In this document: positions 25,838 to 38,200 of the stretch, piece after piece
Numbering within the stretch: the stretch's first letter is position 1
Layout: the number at the start of each line of letters is the position of its first letter
Assembly (NCBI RefSeq): GCF_004010195.1
Contig: NC_057719.1
Span: forward strand, 30,189,853 to 30,253,852
Direction: 5' to 3'
From: Chiloscyllium plagiosum
Taxonomy: Eukaryota
Length of the DNA stretch: 64,000 nucleotides
Program-made: the position numbers and the translations under genes
The notes under the pieces: model-generated
The model's input: the letters and a program-made list of their open reading frames with translations, nothing else
What the model was told of the DNA's origin: nothing
The model's database searches: none

Positions 25838-26272
25838 TTCTGGATTAGTGATGCTGGAAGAGCACAGCAGTTCAGGCAGCATCCAAGGAGCAACGAAATC
25901 AACGTTTCGGGCAAAAGCCCTTCATCAGGAATAAAGGCAGTGAGCCTGAAGCGTGGAGAGATGAGCTAGAGGAGGATGGGGGTGGGGAGAAAGTAGCATA
26001 GAGTACAATGGGTGAGTGGGGGAGGGGATGAAGGTGATAGTCAGGGAGGAGAGGGTGGAGTGGATAGGTGGAAAAGGAGATAGGCAGGTAGGACAAGTCC
26101 GGACAAGTCATGGGGACAGTGCTGTTGAAGAGCTTCAGGGCAGAGGAAATGACCTGGGAGTTGCAGTGGGAGAGGGACTCCCTGAGATTCTTTAGACAGA
26201 AGAGGAAAACTTCTTCAAGGCAGGGATCCTTGCAAGAGGATTCGCAGTAGGGTTAAAATCAACGAGGTAAAA
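25838..26272 (-). mobile_element. Longer Penelope-like unit with hammerhead motif at 25901-25928 (minus)
   Basis: Minus strand CTGATGA-A-GGGC-TTTT-GCCC-GAAA-CG-TT preceded by a pyrimidine-rich tract. Confidence 0.78.
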
Positions 26273-26438
26273 ATGGCCTATCACTGTGATGTGATTCATT
26301 TTCAATTCTAGAACTAACGCATCTACTCTCTATTTTATAAGGTTAAGCATCAATGCATGCTATAAAAGAGCATACTTTCTATTCCTTTGAATATTAAATT
26401 ATAGATCTGCAAATAACACTTCCTTTGTGTACATGTAA

Positions 26439-26693
<255 letters not shown>

Positions 26694-27539
26694 TAAAAGA
26701 AAATGAACTAATCTCCATTATTTTCAAAAAGAGATATCCATATAAATGGCAAACCTTTGGTTTTCAAAGTTTGAATGTGTCTATGAATTTAGATTCAGGC
26801 TTTGAGCATCCAAATGGCATTTACTTGTTGAAATTTAACCATTGATAATATACAGCAGGCATTTCAAAATGTCTGAATGTGGAATGGAGATTATTGAAAT
26901 TTTCAATGTGTGATTGCATGTTGACACATGTTTATGCTCAGTGACAAAGCAATAGTGACAAAAATAAGTGATTGACATTTATTTTAAAGACTATCCAAAA
27001 ATATACAATGCAGCTAGTTGATAGTCAGTCACTATCTCCTGGTAGCTTAATTTCCTTATTTAATCATGTTTTGTATACTATTATGGAAAATGCAGCATAA
27101 ACATTTATCCCACAAACAACAAAAACAAGAACGTATTGTGTTTACTAAACTCACACTGTATTTATGGGACTTTGCAGGTTTCAAATGGCCTATCTACTTA
27201 TCTACAAAGTGCTTATATATAAAACCATAGTGAATATATTTCAGAACTTTTTTTTCTTTTTCAGTCTTATTTTCTGTTGTATTTCCACTCCAGTCAGTGT
27301 GCTCACACTTTCTTGTGTTTGTTTTTAAAAAAGCCTTTTGAGCACTCAATTGGCTCAAGTCAAAATGTCTAATCAGTTAAGTAGCAAGCAGAATATTTTT
27401 GGACCTGAACTTTTGTGTACTGTTGATGCCATAATGTTATGTGTTACACATCATCATCAGTGTCCTTCCATTTGCGTAAGATAGCAGATATGCAGCAAAG
27501 CAAATCCATTGAGGAATGGAGTAACTTAAAGGACATACT

Positions 27540-28440
27540 TTTGCTGATGGCTGAAGAGACCAATCCATGACAGGCAGTAACTTCTGCAAATGCCACATAT
27601 CAAGTTGTTATTGGATGTCGTTGAGAATTGTCATTTTTGATGTTGACATCTGTTGCAAAGCTGCTGTACAAAGCACATTATAATCATGGAGGGATACTCC
27701 AGCTCACAAATGATGTTGCTATTTTCTTCTGAATCCAGTTAGTGTCTCCCAGGCATGAGAATTGATGTTTAAGGCCTTCATGTCACAGTTACAAGAATTT
27801 TGAAGTGGGGAGCTTTGGGCATCCTCTGGGTTGTCTGTCTCCAGCTACCTCACCAAACAGAGAATCCTTTGATATGTGACTGTCTTCCAGCAGTCACTTC
27901 ATTTGAAGAGTGCTCACATACTTTGGAGCTTTACCTTGGAGGGGAATGTTCTGTACCTCATTTTTTCTTTGTTGAGGTAGCCAGAATTTTCTACAAACAA
28001 TGTAGATTAAAGTTGTTGAGCTTCCTTTTTTGTCAATTGTAGGTCATCATTCCTGATGAAGGGCTTTTGCCTGAAACGTCGATTTTCCTGCTCCTCAGAT
28101 GTGCCTGACCTGCTGTGCTTTTCCAGCACTGCTCTAATCTAAACCCCCCCCCATCATTATTTTACAGCCAAGCAGTTGGGTGTTTAGAACATAAGCCTCA
28201 TAAACTGGCACTTTGATCCTAAAAGCCAATTTGAAGTTATTCCATGCACCTTTCATAAATCAGTGAAAGAAGATGAATGTTTTCCTAATGTGTCAATCGT
28301 GATCTTCATCAAGAGACAGATTGTCTGGCATCATAGACCCAAAGTATCAGAATTTGCTAACCACTTCCAGCAACTGATGTTTAGTGTGATTGAGGATGAA
28401 GATACTCACCCTGTCCCATGAAGATGGTTTTCTACATGCT
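27540..28440 (-). mobile_element. Old RTE-like LINE remnant hosting a PLE insertion
   Basis: Degenerate RT-region similarity only; no intact frame. Confidence 0.4.
28049..28145 (+). mobile_element. Penelope-like pLTR fragment with hammerhead core at 28053-28080
   Basis: ATTC-CTGATGA-A-GGGC-TTTT-GCCT-GAAA-CG-TC-GATT; possible 7-bp TSD CATCATT (28045-28051, 28152-28158). Confidence 0.8.
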
Positions 28441-28665
28441 TCTAGTGGGGGAGGACAGTTTACATGTTTTGGAGAGACAAGACATCAAAATTGATATGTT
28501 TCCATGCCTCACAAATTAAGGTGCAAGTATTATTTGTAACTGCAGACAACACAAACTGACTTGCCTTTTTCAAAATATCTGTTTTATATTGCTACACATA
28601 AAGAGTTCATGTGACAAAAGTTAACAATAACACAAAGGTGATGTTTTTTTTTAAATTTCAATTAG

Positions 28666-28872
<207 letters not shown>

Positions 28873-29892
28873 TGAATGGACATTTTGCTTTTGCAGAGCA
28901 ACAAGTGACTTTGAAAAACGTTTGCCATAATGCTATACAATCTCTTGCATTTTAGTCCAGGAGTGTTAATATGTCTGTGTAAAAGTGATAGAAGGTTTGA
29001 CTAAAGATCCTGGCATTACTTTGTTGGGCATCACTGTTGAGTAATTTTCTTAAAAACAGTTCAGACTTTAATCTTGACAAAATATCAGCATTCTGAGATG
29101 CTTTTGTCAGTCAAGTTCTTTTCCAAAATCACTTTGTCAGGAGCAGTGAACAGACCAGTGAGGGAAGAGAAAATATTTTGACAAAAATATCCTGTCCAAA
29201 GCTGGGTGACGGGATGTATCAAAGAGGATCTGTGGGCAAATAGGCATTATTGCCTTGTCCCCAGCCAACTTGAACTCCAAAGCAAGAAAAATATGATTCA
29301 ATCCATAAATTTGTATTATCAGCAAATGTGTTGCTATACTAGGAACATGACTTAATCCAATTTTGTTTATGTACAAAAAACTTGTGGAACCCAACACCTC
29401 CAAGGACTTGAGCAGTAGAAAATCAAGACCTGAAAGGTCCCTTCCAAGTCCTACATCTTTCTGAATTGGAACTATATTGTCACACTGTCATTGCAACTGG
29501 TCACTATGCTGGCATTCCCTTACTAATAGCACCATGGGCATCCCGACAAACCAAAGTTCAAGAGGTAATTCACCATCAATGTTTGCAGGTCAAGTAGGGA
29601 TGTGCAATCAAGCCAGCAATGTCTACATCACATGTATGGATAAAAAAACAAAGTTGTAAACAGAGCGACAGCTTAACAAAGGAGTTAATTTCAGTGTTAC
29701 CTTTTTTGAAGTTTTACTCAAATATTTTTCCCTTGGTGCCTTGACTGGGCAAAATTGAAGGAGCAGAAATTTTACTTAATGCATTCAGCATGACATGAGC
29801 CCAGTTTAAAAAAAGACTTTTTTTATTCAGTGAGTAGCGATATTGCCTAAGCAGTGACACTCTTGAGCTGGTGAAAAATGCAGAAGATAGTT

Positions 29893-30120
29893 ATAAAGTC
29901 ATAGACATACAACACAGAAACAGGCCCTTTGGCCAACTCATCCACACTGACCAGGTTTCCTAAACCAAACTTATCCCATTTGCAAGCATTTGGCCCAAAT
30001 CCATCTAAATCTTATTTATCCATGTATCTATCCAAATGTCTTTTATATGTTGTTATTGTACCCACATCTACCACTTTCTCTGGCAACTCATTCCATACAC
30101 TCACTATCCTGTGTGATAAA
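29893..30120 (-). mobile_element. CR1 3' UTR fragment
   Basis: Reverse complement of the CR1 3' end seen at 8850-9060. Confidence 0.75.
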
Positions 30121-30224
30121 AGTTATTTTAATTAAATTTTTATCAATGTTTTTTGCTACATTTTTGTAGTGTATCTTCTGAGGTGTCTGGCCGCAAGCTA
30201 CTGTGCACTTGTAGATTTAGTGTT

Positions 30225-30560
30225 AACTTGACCAAGTGGTGATCCTCTTGCATTTCAGTGAGAAGATTTTGGGTTCAAGTTTTATGTTTGGACTAATGTG
30301 TATAACCTACTGAAAGGTTTCTATTTCAGATGAGTTGTTAAACTGAGATTGTGTGTGCATGTCTGGACTTTAAAATATCCTATTGCTCTACTTGAAGAGT
30401 AGGGATGTTCTTCTGCTGATCTGCCAAATACCTATCCTGCTGTTTTCACCAAACCGCTCATTCCTTTATGCCATATTTGCCAACATAATAAGTGACTAAT
30501 TTATTGGCTTCAAATTGACTTGGAATGTTCTGATAGTATAATCAGTGCTATATATTAGCA
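30225..30560 (+). mobile_element. Degenerate DeuSINE-like element
   Basis: B-box-like GGGTTCAAGT, then TTTCAGATGAGTTGTTAAACTGAG...ATCCTATTGCTCTACTTGAAGAG resembling the Deu domain. Confidence 0.55.
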
Positions 30561-30927
30561 TTGCCTTTCTTTAATTATTGCTTAAAATGTATATCTGCTA
30601 ACTACCAACCGAATATACATGGCCTACATACAGTCGGAACAAATCACATATAGCAAGAATGTATGCTTGAAAAACGAGTAATCACAGCAAGTTAGGCAAT
30701 TGAAACTCTCTTTCTGCCATTTATCTTATTCACCCATGTGAATGTCCACAATGAGTAGAAGCATAAGTTAAATATGTCTTTAAAAATACACAATTTGGAA
30801 GTAATTTAAAATATTAAAATTGCTTGCAAAAAGTTTCATTTTTCTCACCTCTCTTGTTGTCAGGGATTGCACTGAAGGATTTATCTGAGCCTTAGATTTA
30901 AAACTACTCTGGAAAATTTCACACACC

Positions 30928-30950
30928 AGAGAGAGAGAGAGAGAGAGAGA
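30928..30950. repeat. (AG)n microsatellite
   Basis: About 11 AG units read directly. Confidence 0.9.
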
Positions 30951-32239
30951 CAGACTGAGACTAGGATCCAGAAGTTTCTGGAAGAAGTAATTTTAAAAAC
31001 CTTGCATTAGGGGGAAAGGAGGACACTAAGAAGACTTGAATTAATTGAGAGAAGTGGAACCCCAAGAGCACATGGGCTGAAGCTCATAAAACGCAAATTC
31101 AGGACTGATATCAGAAAACCTTTGATAAATGAACTAGCCAATAGATAGGAATTCTAAGAGAATGGTGAGGTAAAGAACTTGAAATCATTAAACAATGCTG
31201 CTGTGTGATTATTGAGGCTTTAATTAGAGGTACTAAAATAGGTTGAGTGGCCTACCTCCTCCATATTTTAAATAGTGCTTTTGTAAAAAGTAGTTACCAA
31301 TAACAATTGTGAAAATGAATGTTGTAATGTTTTCAATACATAGTTAATGATTCCTGTTTCTTGATTAATCCTGCCTTCTGTTGTGCTTTTTTCCCAATCT
31401 TGGTGAAGTCTGGGTCCCTGCTCTTTTACATAGATTGGTCAACCGTACAAATTGGGGAAATGTCTGATGTTTTGTATAGCTGCCATGCTTTTATTCTGCA
31501 ACATGAATCTTTTTAATTAAGCTGGTTTTAAGTAATGCAAATTGGTGACATTACACGCATGATGTGTTGTAGTCAATCTGCCACTGATTGGTTTGTAGGG
31601 AATTGCTTATTTGATTTTTGTCAATTGCTTGAACACCCTTGATTAGTCATTTTTGTGTTGACATAGTTGTCATTTCATTAACTGTTGTATTAAGAGATTT
31701 CATGCATTGTGATAAAATTTCTAAATAAAAATATTATTTTTGACATTTGGGTTTCAAAATAGTGCCATATTTGTATTGATTATTTTCTGTAAAGAGTTCA
31801 TTTTAAGAAAAATAAACAAGGTCAGAAAGTCCTTCTGGAATACTGACCAAGTCCAGTCTTTTAAAGAGAGTAGGTGACTGTAGATCTTGGTGGTGTTAAT
31901 GGAAATGTGTTTATACCTTTTAGGTTTTTGACAAAGCAAACATGAAAGGCCTCCAACTTTATTTTCAATTCAGAAATGAGGATGAGCAAGTTTATTTTAA
32001 ATTCTGATCAGAAGACACCAGTGTTGAGTTCAGAAGCCAGCTTTGTTTCATTTCTTGGATAATGAATCAGGACAGTTCAGTGAATAAGTCACTTTAACAG
32101 AAGGACTTAGTTTGTGAGACATTCAAACCAGTTTGTTTAGAAATGTGCATGTTGTTAGCACTGAGAGACTTTAGGTTTTCAGATTTGTGGAAAAATTCAC
32201 TTTGGCAGATTTGGAAAGAATTCTCTCAATTATCTCCAC

Positions 32240-33900
32240 AGTCATAGAGTTTAGACAGCATGGAAACAGATCTTTCGGTCCAACCGAACATAATCCCAAA
32301 CTTAACTGGTCCCACCTGCCTGCTTCTTATTCAGGTACTTATTCAAATGTCTTTTAAACATTGCAATTGTACCCGCATCCACCACTTCCTCAGCAAATTC
32401 ATTCCACACGCAAACCACCCTCTGCTAAAAATTTGTCTCCAAGTCTTTTTTAAATCTCTCTCCTCTCACCTGAAAAAATATGCCCCCTAGTCTTGAAATT
32501 CCCCACTCTAGGGAAAAGACAACTCCCATTAACTCTATCTATATCCCTCATCATTTTATAAACTTATATATGGTGCCTCTCAACCTCCTATGTTCCTTAA
32601 AAAAAGTCTCATCCTAGCCAGCTTTCTTTATAATTCAAGCCTTCCATACCCAGCAGCATCCTGGTGAATCTCTCCTTAACCCTCACCAACTTAATAATAG
32701 CATTTGTATTACTGGGTGACCAGAACTGGACACAGTATTCCAGAAGATGCATCACCAATTTCCTGTACAACCTAAACTCCTATTCTCAAAGGACTGAGCA
32801 ATGAAGGCAAGCATGCCAAATGCCTTTTGAACCACCCTGTCTATATGTGTCGCAAAATTCCAAACATTATGTACCTGAACCCCTACGTCCCTCTGTTCTA
32901 CAACACTACTCAAGGCCTGGTCATTAATTGTATAAGTTCTACCTTGTTTGTTGTACCAAAAGGCAATACCTCAGATTTAACCAGATTGAACTCCAGCTGC
33001 CATTTTTCAACCCATTGACCCATTTGATCAAGATCCTTTTGTAATCTTAGAAAACCTTTTCCACTGTCTACCATGCCACCAGTTTTGGTGTCCTATGCAA
33101 GTTAATTAATCATCCCTTCTATATTCTCATCCCAATCATTTATATAAATGATAAACCAGTCCATGGCAAAGAAACTGTAAGGAGTCATAGAGATGTACAG
33201 CATGGAAACAGACTCTTCAATCCAACTCATCCATGCCGACCAGACATCCCAATCTAATCTAGTCCCACCTGCCAACACCTGGCCCATATCCCTCCAAACC
33301 TTCCTATTCATATACACATCCAGATGCCTTTTAAATGCTGTAATTGTACCAGCCTCCACCACTTCCTCTGGCAGCTCATGTACCACCCTCTACGTGAAAA
33401 GGTTGCCCCTTAGGTCTCTTTTACGTCTTTCCCCTCTCACCCTATACCTATGCCCTCTAGTTCTTGACTCCCTGACCCCCCCCCGACCTCCCCGGCAAGA
33501 AACTTTGTCAATTTATCCTATTCATGCCCCTCATGATTTTATAAACCTCTACAAGGTCACCCCTCAGCCTCTGATGCTCCAGGGAAAATAGCCCCAGCTA
33601 TTCAACTTCTCTCTATAGCTCAAGTTCTCCATCCCTGGCAACAACCTTGTAAATCTTTTCTGAACCCTTTCAAGTTTCACAACATCTGTCTGATAGGAAG
33701 GAGACCAGAATTGCATGCAGTATTCCAACAGTGGCCTAACCAATGTCCTGTACAGTCGCAACATGACCTCCCAACTCTTGTACTCAATACTCTGACTAAT
33801 AAAGGAAAGCATACCAAATGCCTTTTTCACTATCCTATCTACCTATGACTCTACTGTCAAGGAGCTACAAATGTGCGCTCCAAGGTCTCTTTGCTCAGCA
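32240..33900 (-). mobile_element. Two adjacent CR1 3' fragments (about 32240-33165 and 33182-33900)
   Basis: ORF 33564..33830 (LYRTLVRPLLEYCMQFWSP..LERVQKRFTR); two separate GTCATAGAG 3' tails. Confidence 0.85.
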
Positions 33901-35888
33901 CTGTCGAACTGGGATCCAATGCGATTGATGAAAGAACTGGATAGATTAAGAACTAGAATACAGACAAAGTTTAGGGTACACCCAACTTTATGGAGGATGC
34001 AAAATGGGAGGCCATCCAGAAGAACATAGGTTTGGATAAGGCTTTCAGCAGAGGTGCTGACAAGAGGTTAGAAAAAGGTTGAGCAATGTGTTTGGTAATG
34101 AAGATGCTAAACTGTGAGGCCTGAGAAATTTCAGTCTCTAGAAGCTGCAGTAATTGTTCATTTTGTTATGAAATGACACCTTCTTCTGCTATTACTACTT
34201 TAATCAGAGAAATTTTACACAACCTATGTATATCAGATCACAAAACTAGTTAGTTGGTCACCATTCAATATCTGCATTTACATAACAAGACTGTTCCTAG
34301 AGGAAGTCAGCTCTCACAGAACTATGATCTAGGTCGCAACAACTTCAGGAGGGAAAGAATAAGGTTGTAGAAAGAATATGTTAAGGTTAATAAGGGAGAA
34401 GCATGGGATGTTTTAGCAAGCATGCGGGTACATAAATCCCCAGGACTTGATAAGATGTATTCCAAGTCAGTTAAGTAGAATACAAAGGAATTGAAATAGA
34501 GGGTCTAATGTCACTGGTCTTGAGCTTCTTTTAATATGTAGTGTTGAGGACCAAGTTGAAACTTTGCAAATGATTTAAGATCATTCTAACTGTCATAATA
34601 TATTTAACCATAAGATTTAGGAGCAAAAATAAGCCATTTGGCTGATCGAGTCTGCCATTCCACTGTAATAAGAATTGGCTGATCTGATAATCCTCAATTC
34701 CACTTTCCTATCTTTTCTTCATAACCCTTGATTTCCTTACTGATTTAAAAAGTCTTTCCATCTCTGAGTTATAACTCAATGTTAAAGACTATGTCAACAG
34801 ACCTCCAAGATAAAGAGTTTCACAGATTGACTGACTACCCTCAGAAAAATTCCTCCCTGACTCTGTCTGAACTGGGCAACCCCTTACCCTGAGATTGTTT
34901 TCTTGTCATAGACTTTCCCACAAAGGGAAGCAATCCCTCCTTTGCTATCTATTTTGAAAGCTTGATTTGTATTTTTATTCTCTTGTGTAATAAATGCCTG
35001 TGCTGAAGAGTCTGCAGACTGACTTGCGTGTGTCTGTGAATAACCATCACACTGATAAATTAAATTTTAAAATATATACATCCTCTACCCAAGCAGATTT
35101 CATTGAGATCTGACTTGTCTAGTCACATTAGCTGGGATCACAACAACATATAGCCATACATGTAAACACACAGACTGTATAATCCAATACGCTTCTATGT
35201 TAGGATACAAATCTTTAATGTGAAAAACTCCAAGCTAACACTGTGGCTATGCTACAGACCAGTGCAAAGCAGGGGTTAGTTTACTCAGTGAAGGGAAAAG
35301 GGATATATGCAAGAAAAAGTAAGTGATTGAAATCCACATTCAAATAAATCTCGTATAAATGAGCCAGAATTGCCAAATGCAACACAATCCAGTGCCCAGC
35401 AGATGCTTATCTTTGCCTGGTATTTGCAAATCACCAAGACATTATATAATATAAGTGAAAGTCGTAACATTTTCTGGGGGACAGTAATTGCAAAATGATC
35501 ACATGGAAAGCTAAATAATAAGGACATAAGAACATTTTAAAAGTATAGTTTGGAGGAGGGTATTTACCAGATAGCAGTAGAAACAAAACCAAACACCTTA
35601 AAAGAATAATGCCAATTAGACTGAAGAAATAAATAATTAAGGATTAGCAAACCATAATTTAGCTGGTATGATCCTAATCAATTACAATTAAATCAGAAAA
35701 AGAATCTGTTTCAGCCTCCTTACAGGACAGAAGAGGCAAAGAGAGACAGAAAAAAGCATAGCTGCACAGTTAAAAAGAATAGTATAAAACATCACTTTAG
35801 TACTACAATAGCAAAAAGACTGCCAGAGAAGAGGAAAGCATCTTTAAAAGATGCAAATACAGTAGTCCTGAAATAGAAAGTGGGCACT

Positions 35889-36011
35889 AGGAGAATCGAC
35901 ATTTCGGGCATAAGCCCTTCATCAAGAATCCTGAATGAAGGGCTTATGCCCTGAAACATCGATCCTCATGCTTCTCAGATTCTGGCTGACCTGCTGTGCT
36001 TTTCCAGCACT
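35889..36011. mobile_element. Short inverted Penelope-like pLTR pair with degenerate hammerheads
   Basis: GAATCGACATTTCGGGCATAAGCCCTTCATCAAG followed by CCTGAATGAAGGGCTTATGCCCTGAAACATCG. Confidence 0.75.
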
Positions 36012-37033
36012 GACTCTTGCCCATTGTATAAACAATGCGCTTATCTAAAATGATAATACCAAGGCAATGCTCAGAACTGACAACTAAATTAGTAAACACT
36101 AGGGAAGCTCTGATAGATCAGCAACTGACTATTGTGGTGTCTGTCTTTATCAACATAAAAAGTAGCAGGTCAAGTAAAACAAACCAATTAGTCTTCAATT
36201 CCAGATAAAGTAATGGAATTGGTTGTCTGAAATAAATTTGCTTTAGTACTGCCGTCAGCAAGTAAACATATAAAAAGGTTTTAAACAGGAGCGTACCCTG
36301 CCTGATAATCTACTTGATTTCTTTGAAGTAGCAGAGCATTGTATTCTGACAACTTTCAAAAATCACTGACATAAACTATCAAGAGGCATTTAAAGAAAAT
36401 GCCACAAACAGCTACTAGATAATTCAATATAATGACTGGGAAATGGACAAGACATCAGCTGAAAAGTTTAAAAAAAATATTGGTTAGCAAAGTTAATGGA
36501 GATCCCCAAAATTAGAAATTCAAACTAAATCAATTACATGATTGAGACACTGAATGCTCATTGGTTAAATCTTTGAGTGATATCAAATTGGAGGAGCACC
36601 TGGACTGGAGGCAAGTAACAATGTTATAATAACAGAAACCAAAAATGTGAGTGGACCAAACAATGACCAATGAAATTTAATATACTCTTTCAGTCACAGG
36701 GAAAAAAAAACTGACTTGCCCATTCTCAGAATTATTTTGAAACAGCCAAAGATGAAGTTGAAACTTAGGAGTTTTCATAATCGCTCCATTTGAATATGTA
36801 CAGGCACTGCAAAGTATTTATTCACAAGGTGAAGGGAAATGCTGAGCTCTAAAGCTTAAATCATTTGCTCGCCAGTCATTGGAAGTTGTGATCAAATTAT
36901 TAAGTGTTTTTGTTAGACCATAGATTGGGCACTGTGACCTGTTCTAGTCTTTGAGAAAATGGGGAGTCATTCAATCAGAGAAAAGCCACATGCCTAGAGT
37001 CAGGATCCTGCTGAAAGACTCGAACACTTCAGC

Positions 37034-37226
37034 ACAGGGGGCGCGCGCAGTCATTTGGGCTCTGCTGACACTTCAGCTAAAAATGTAATCGTACAGACCT
37101 GCAAATAGGAATGATTACTCTGATTTCCTGTAAATGTAAATGGAATGTTTACATATGTATGGCATGTCCAACTGTACAGACCATTCAAGTATTTTATGAA
37201 TAAAGTATATTTTTGAAATAAAAAAA
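37034..37226 (+). mobile_element. Poly(A)-tailed retroposon 3' end (L1/Tx1-like)
   Basis: AATAAA then an A-run; 8-bp TSD ACTTCAGC at 37026-37033 and 37227-37234. Confidence 0.7.
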
Positions 37227-37289
37227 ACTTCAGCTGGAAATGAGGCATCAGAGAAATGATAATATTATGATAAAAAAGGAGTTGCCATC

Positions 37290-38200
37290 TTCATCATCAG
37301 TCTTGAGAAATAAGGATGACATCTGCCAGACTTTGTGACTTCAGCAGGTCAGTCCCAAAGCCACAGCTCCTTTGGCAGAGGGAGCAAGAATTCCCCTAAG
37401 GGTGATAAGTTCTTTCGACAGTTTTCTGCTCTCTCCACTTCTGCTTTAGTTGCTTTTCTGCAGCAGAGTTTATGTGGTCATTTCTGATTGTGTTGTAACT
37501 TTTTGGATGAGGTGTTGCCAAATGGTACAGTTCCTTCTAGGTGCCAATGTCAATTTGTTCCATTTGCAATGAGGCCTTCAGAGTATCTGTAGAATGTTTT
37601 CTCCATCCCACTTAAGATTGGGTGCCATCCTTAAGCTATGAAAAGAAGATCTGCTTTGGAAGCCAACTATTTGACATGCTGATACCGTTCAAACCAGTGG
37701 AACTGATTTTGCAAGATTGTGGTTGCAATACTGGAGGAATTATCTTTTGTGCGGATGCTGGAGTTTGTTTATCTGTCTTTCCATGTCACATTGAGCGTCT
37801 TGTAGAGACACTACTTTTGGAAATTTTCAATGCCCAAAGGTACTGTGGTGGTGACTCACACTCTTTAGATATTGCAAGTTTGGATTTGCTGACAAATGCA
37901 AAGCTGAAACCGATACTGTACTCAAAATCCACATGCCCATTGACCTTTTCTGCACGTAAAGGATCTCTCATTCAACTTCAAGACAAGCACCTGCCCTCCA
38001 GCTATTACTATTGTTGGGGAGATAATAGATGATGTTGCAAACTTCCCACATTTCAGCAGTAGCTTTCTTAACTGGTCAATGTCAAAGGGGACATCAAACA
38101 CCTAATCAGCTATGCCAGCACAGCCCTCCAAAAATAGCATAACAGGTTTCAACAACAGGAATCTCTCTGAGGGTAGAGGCCTCAGTCTAAAGAAGATAGT
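37290..38200 (-). mobile_element. Old RTE-like LINE remnant
   Basis: Degenerate RTE-like C-terminal/3' similarity; no intact frame. Confidence 0.4.

Noticed and set aside
35290..35530. Possible conserved non-coding element
   Set aside because: Looks unique but has no distinctive motif cluster I can support without alignment.
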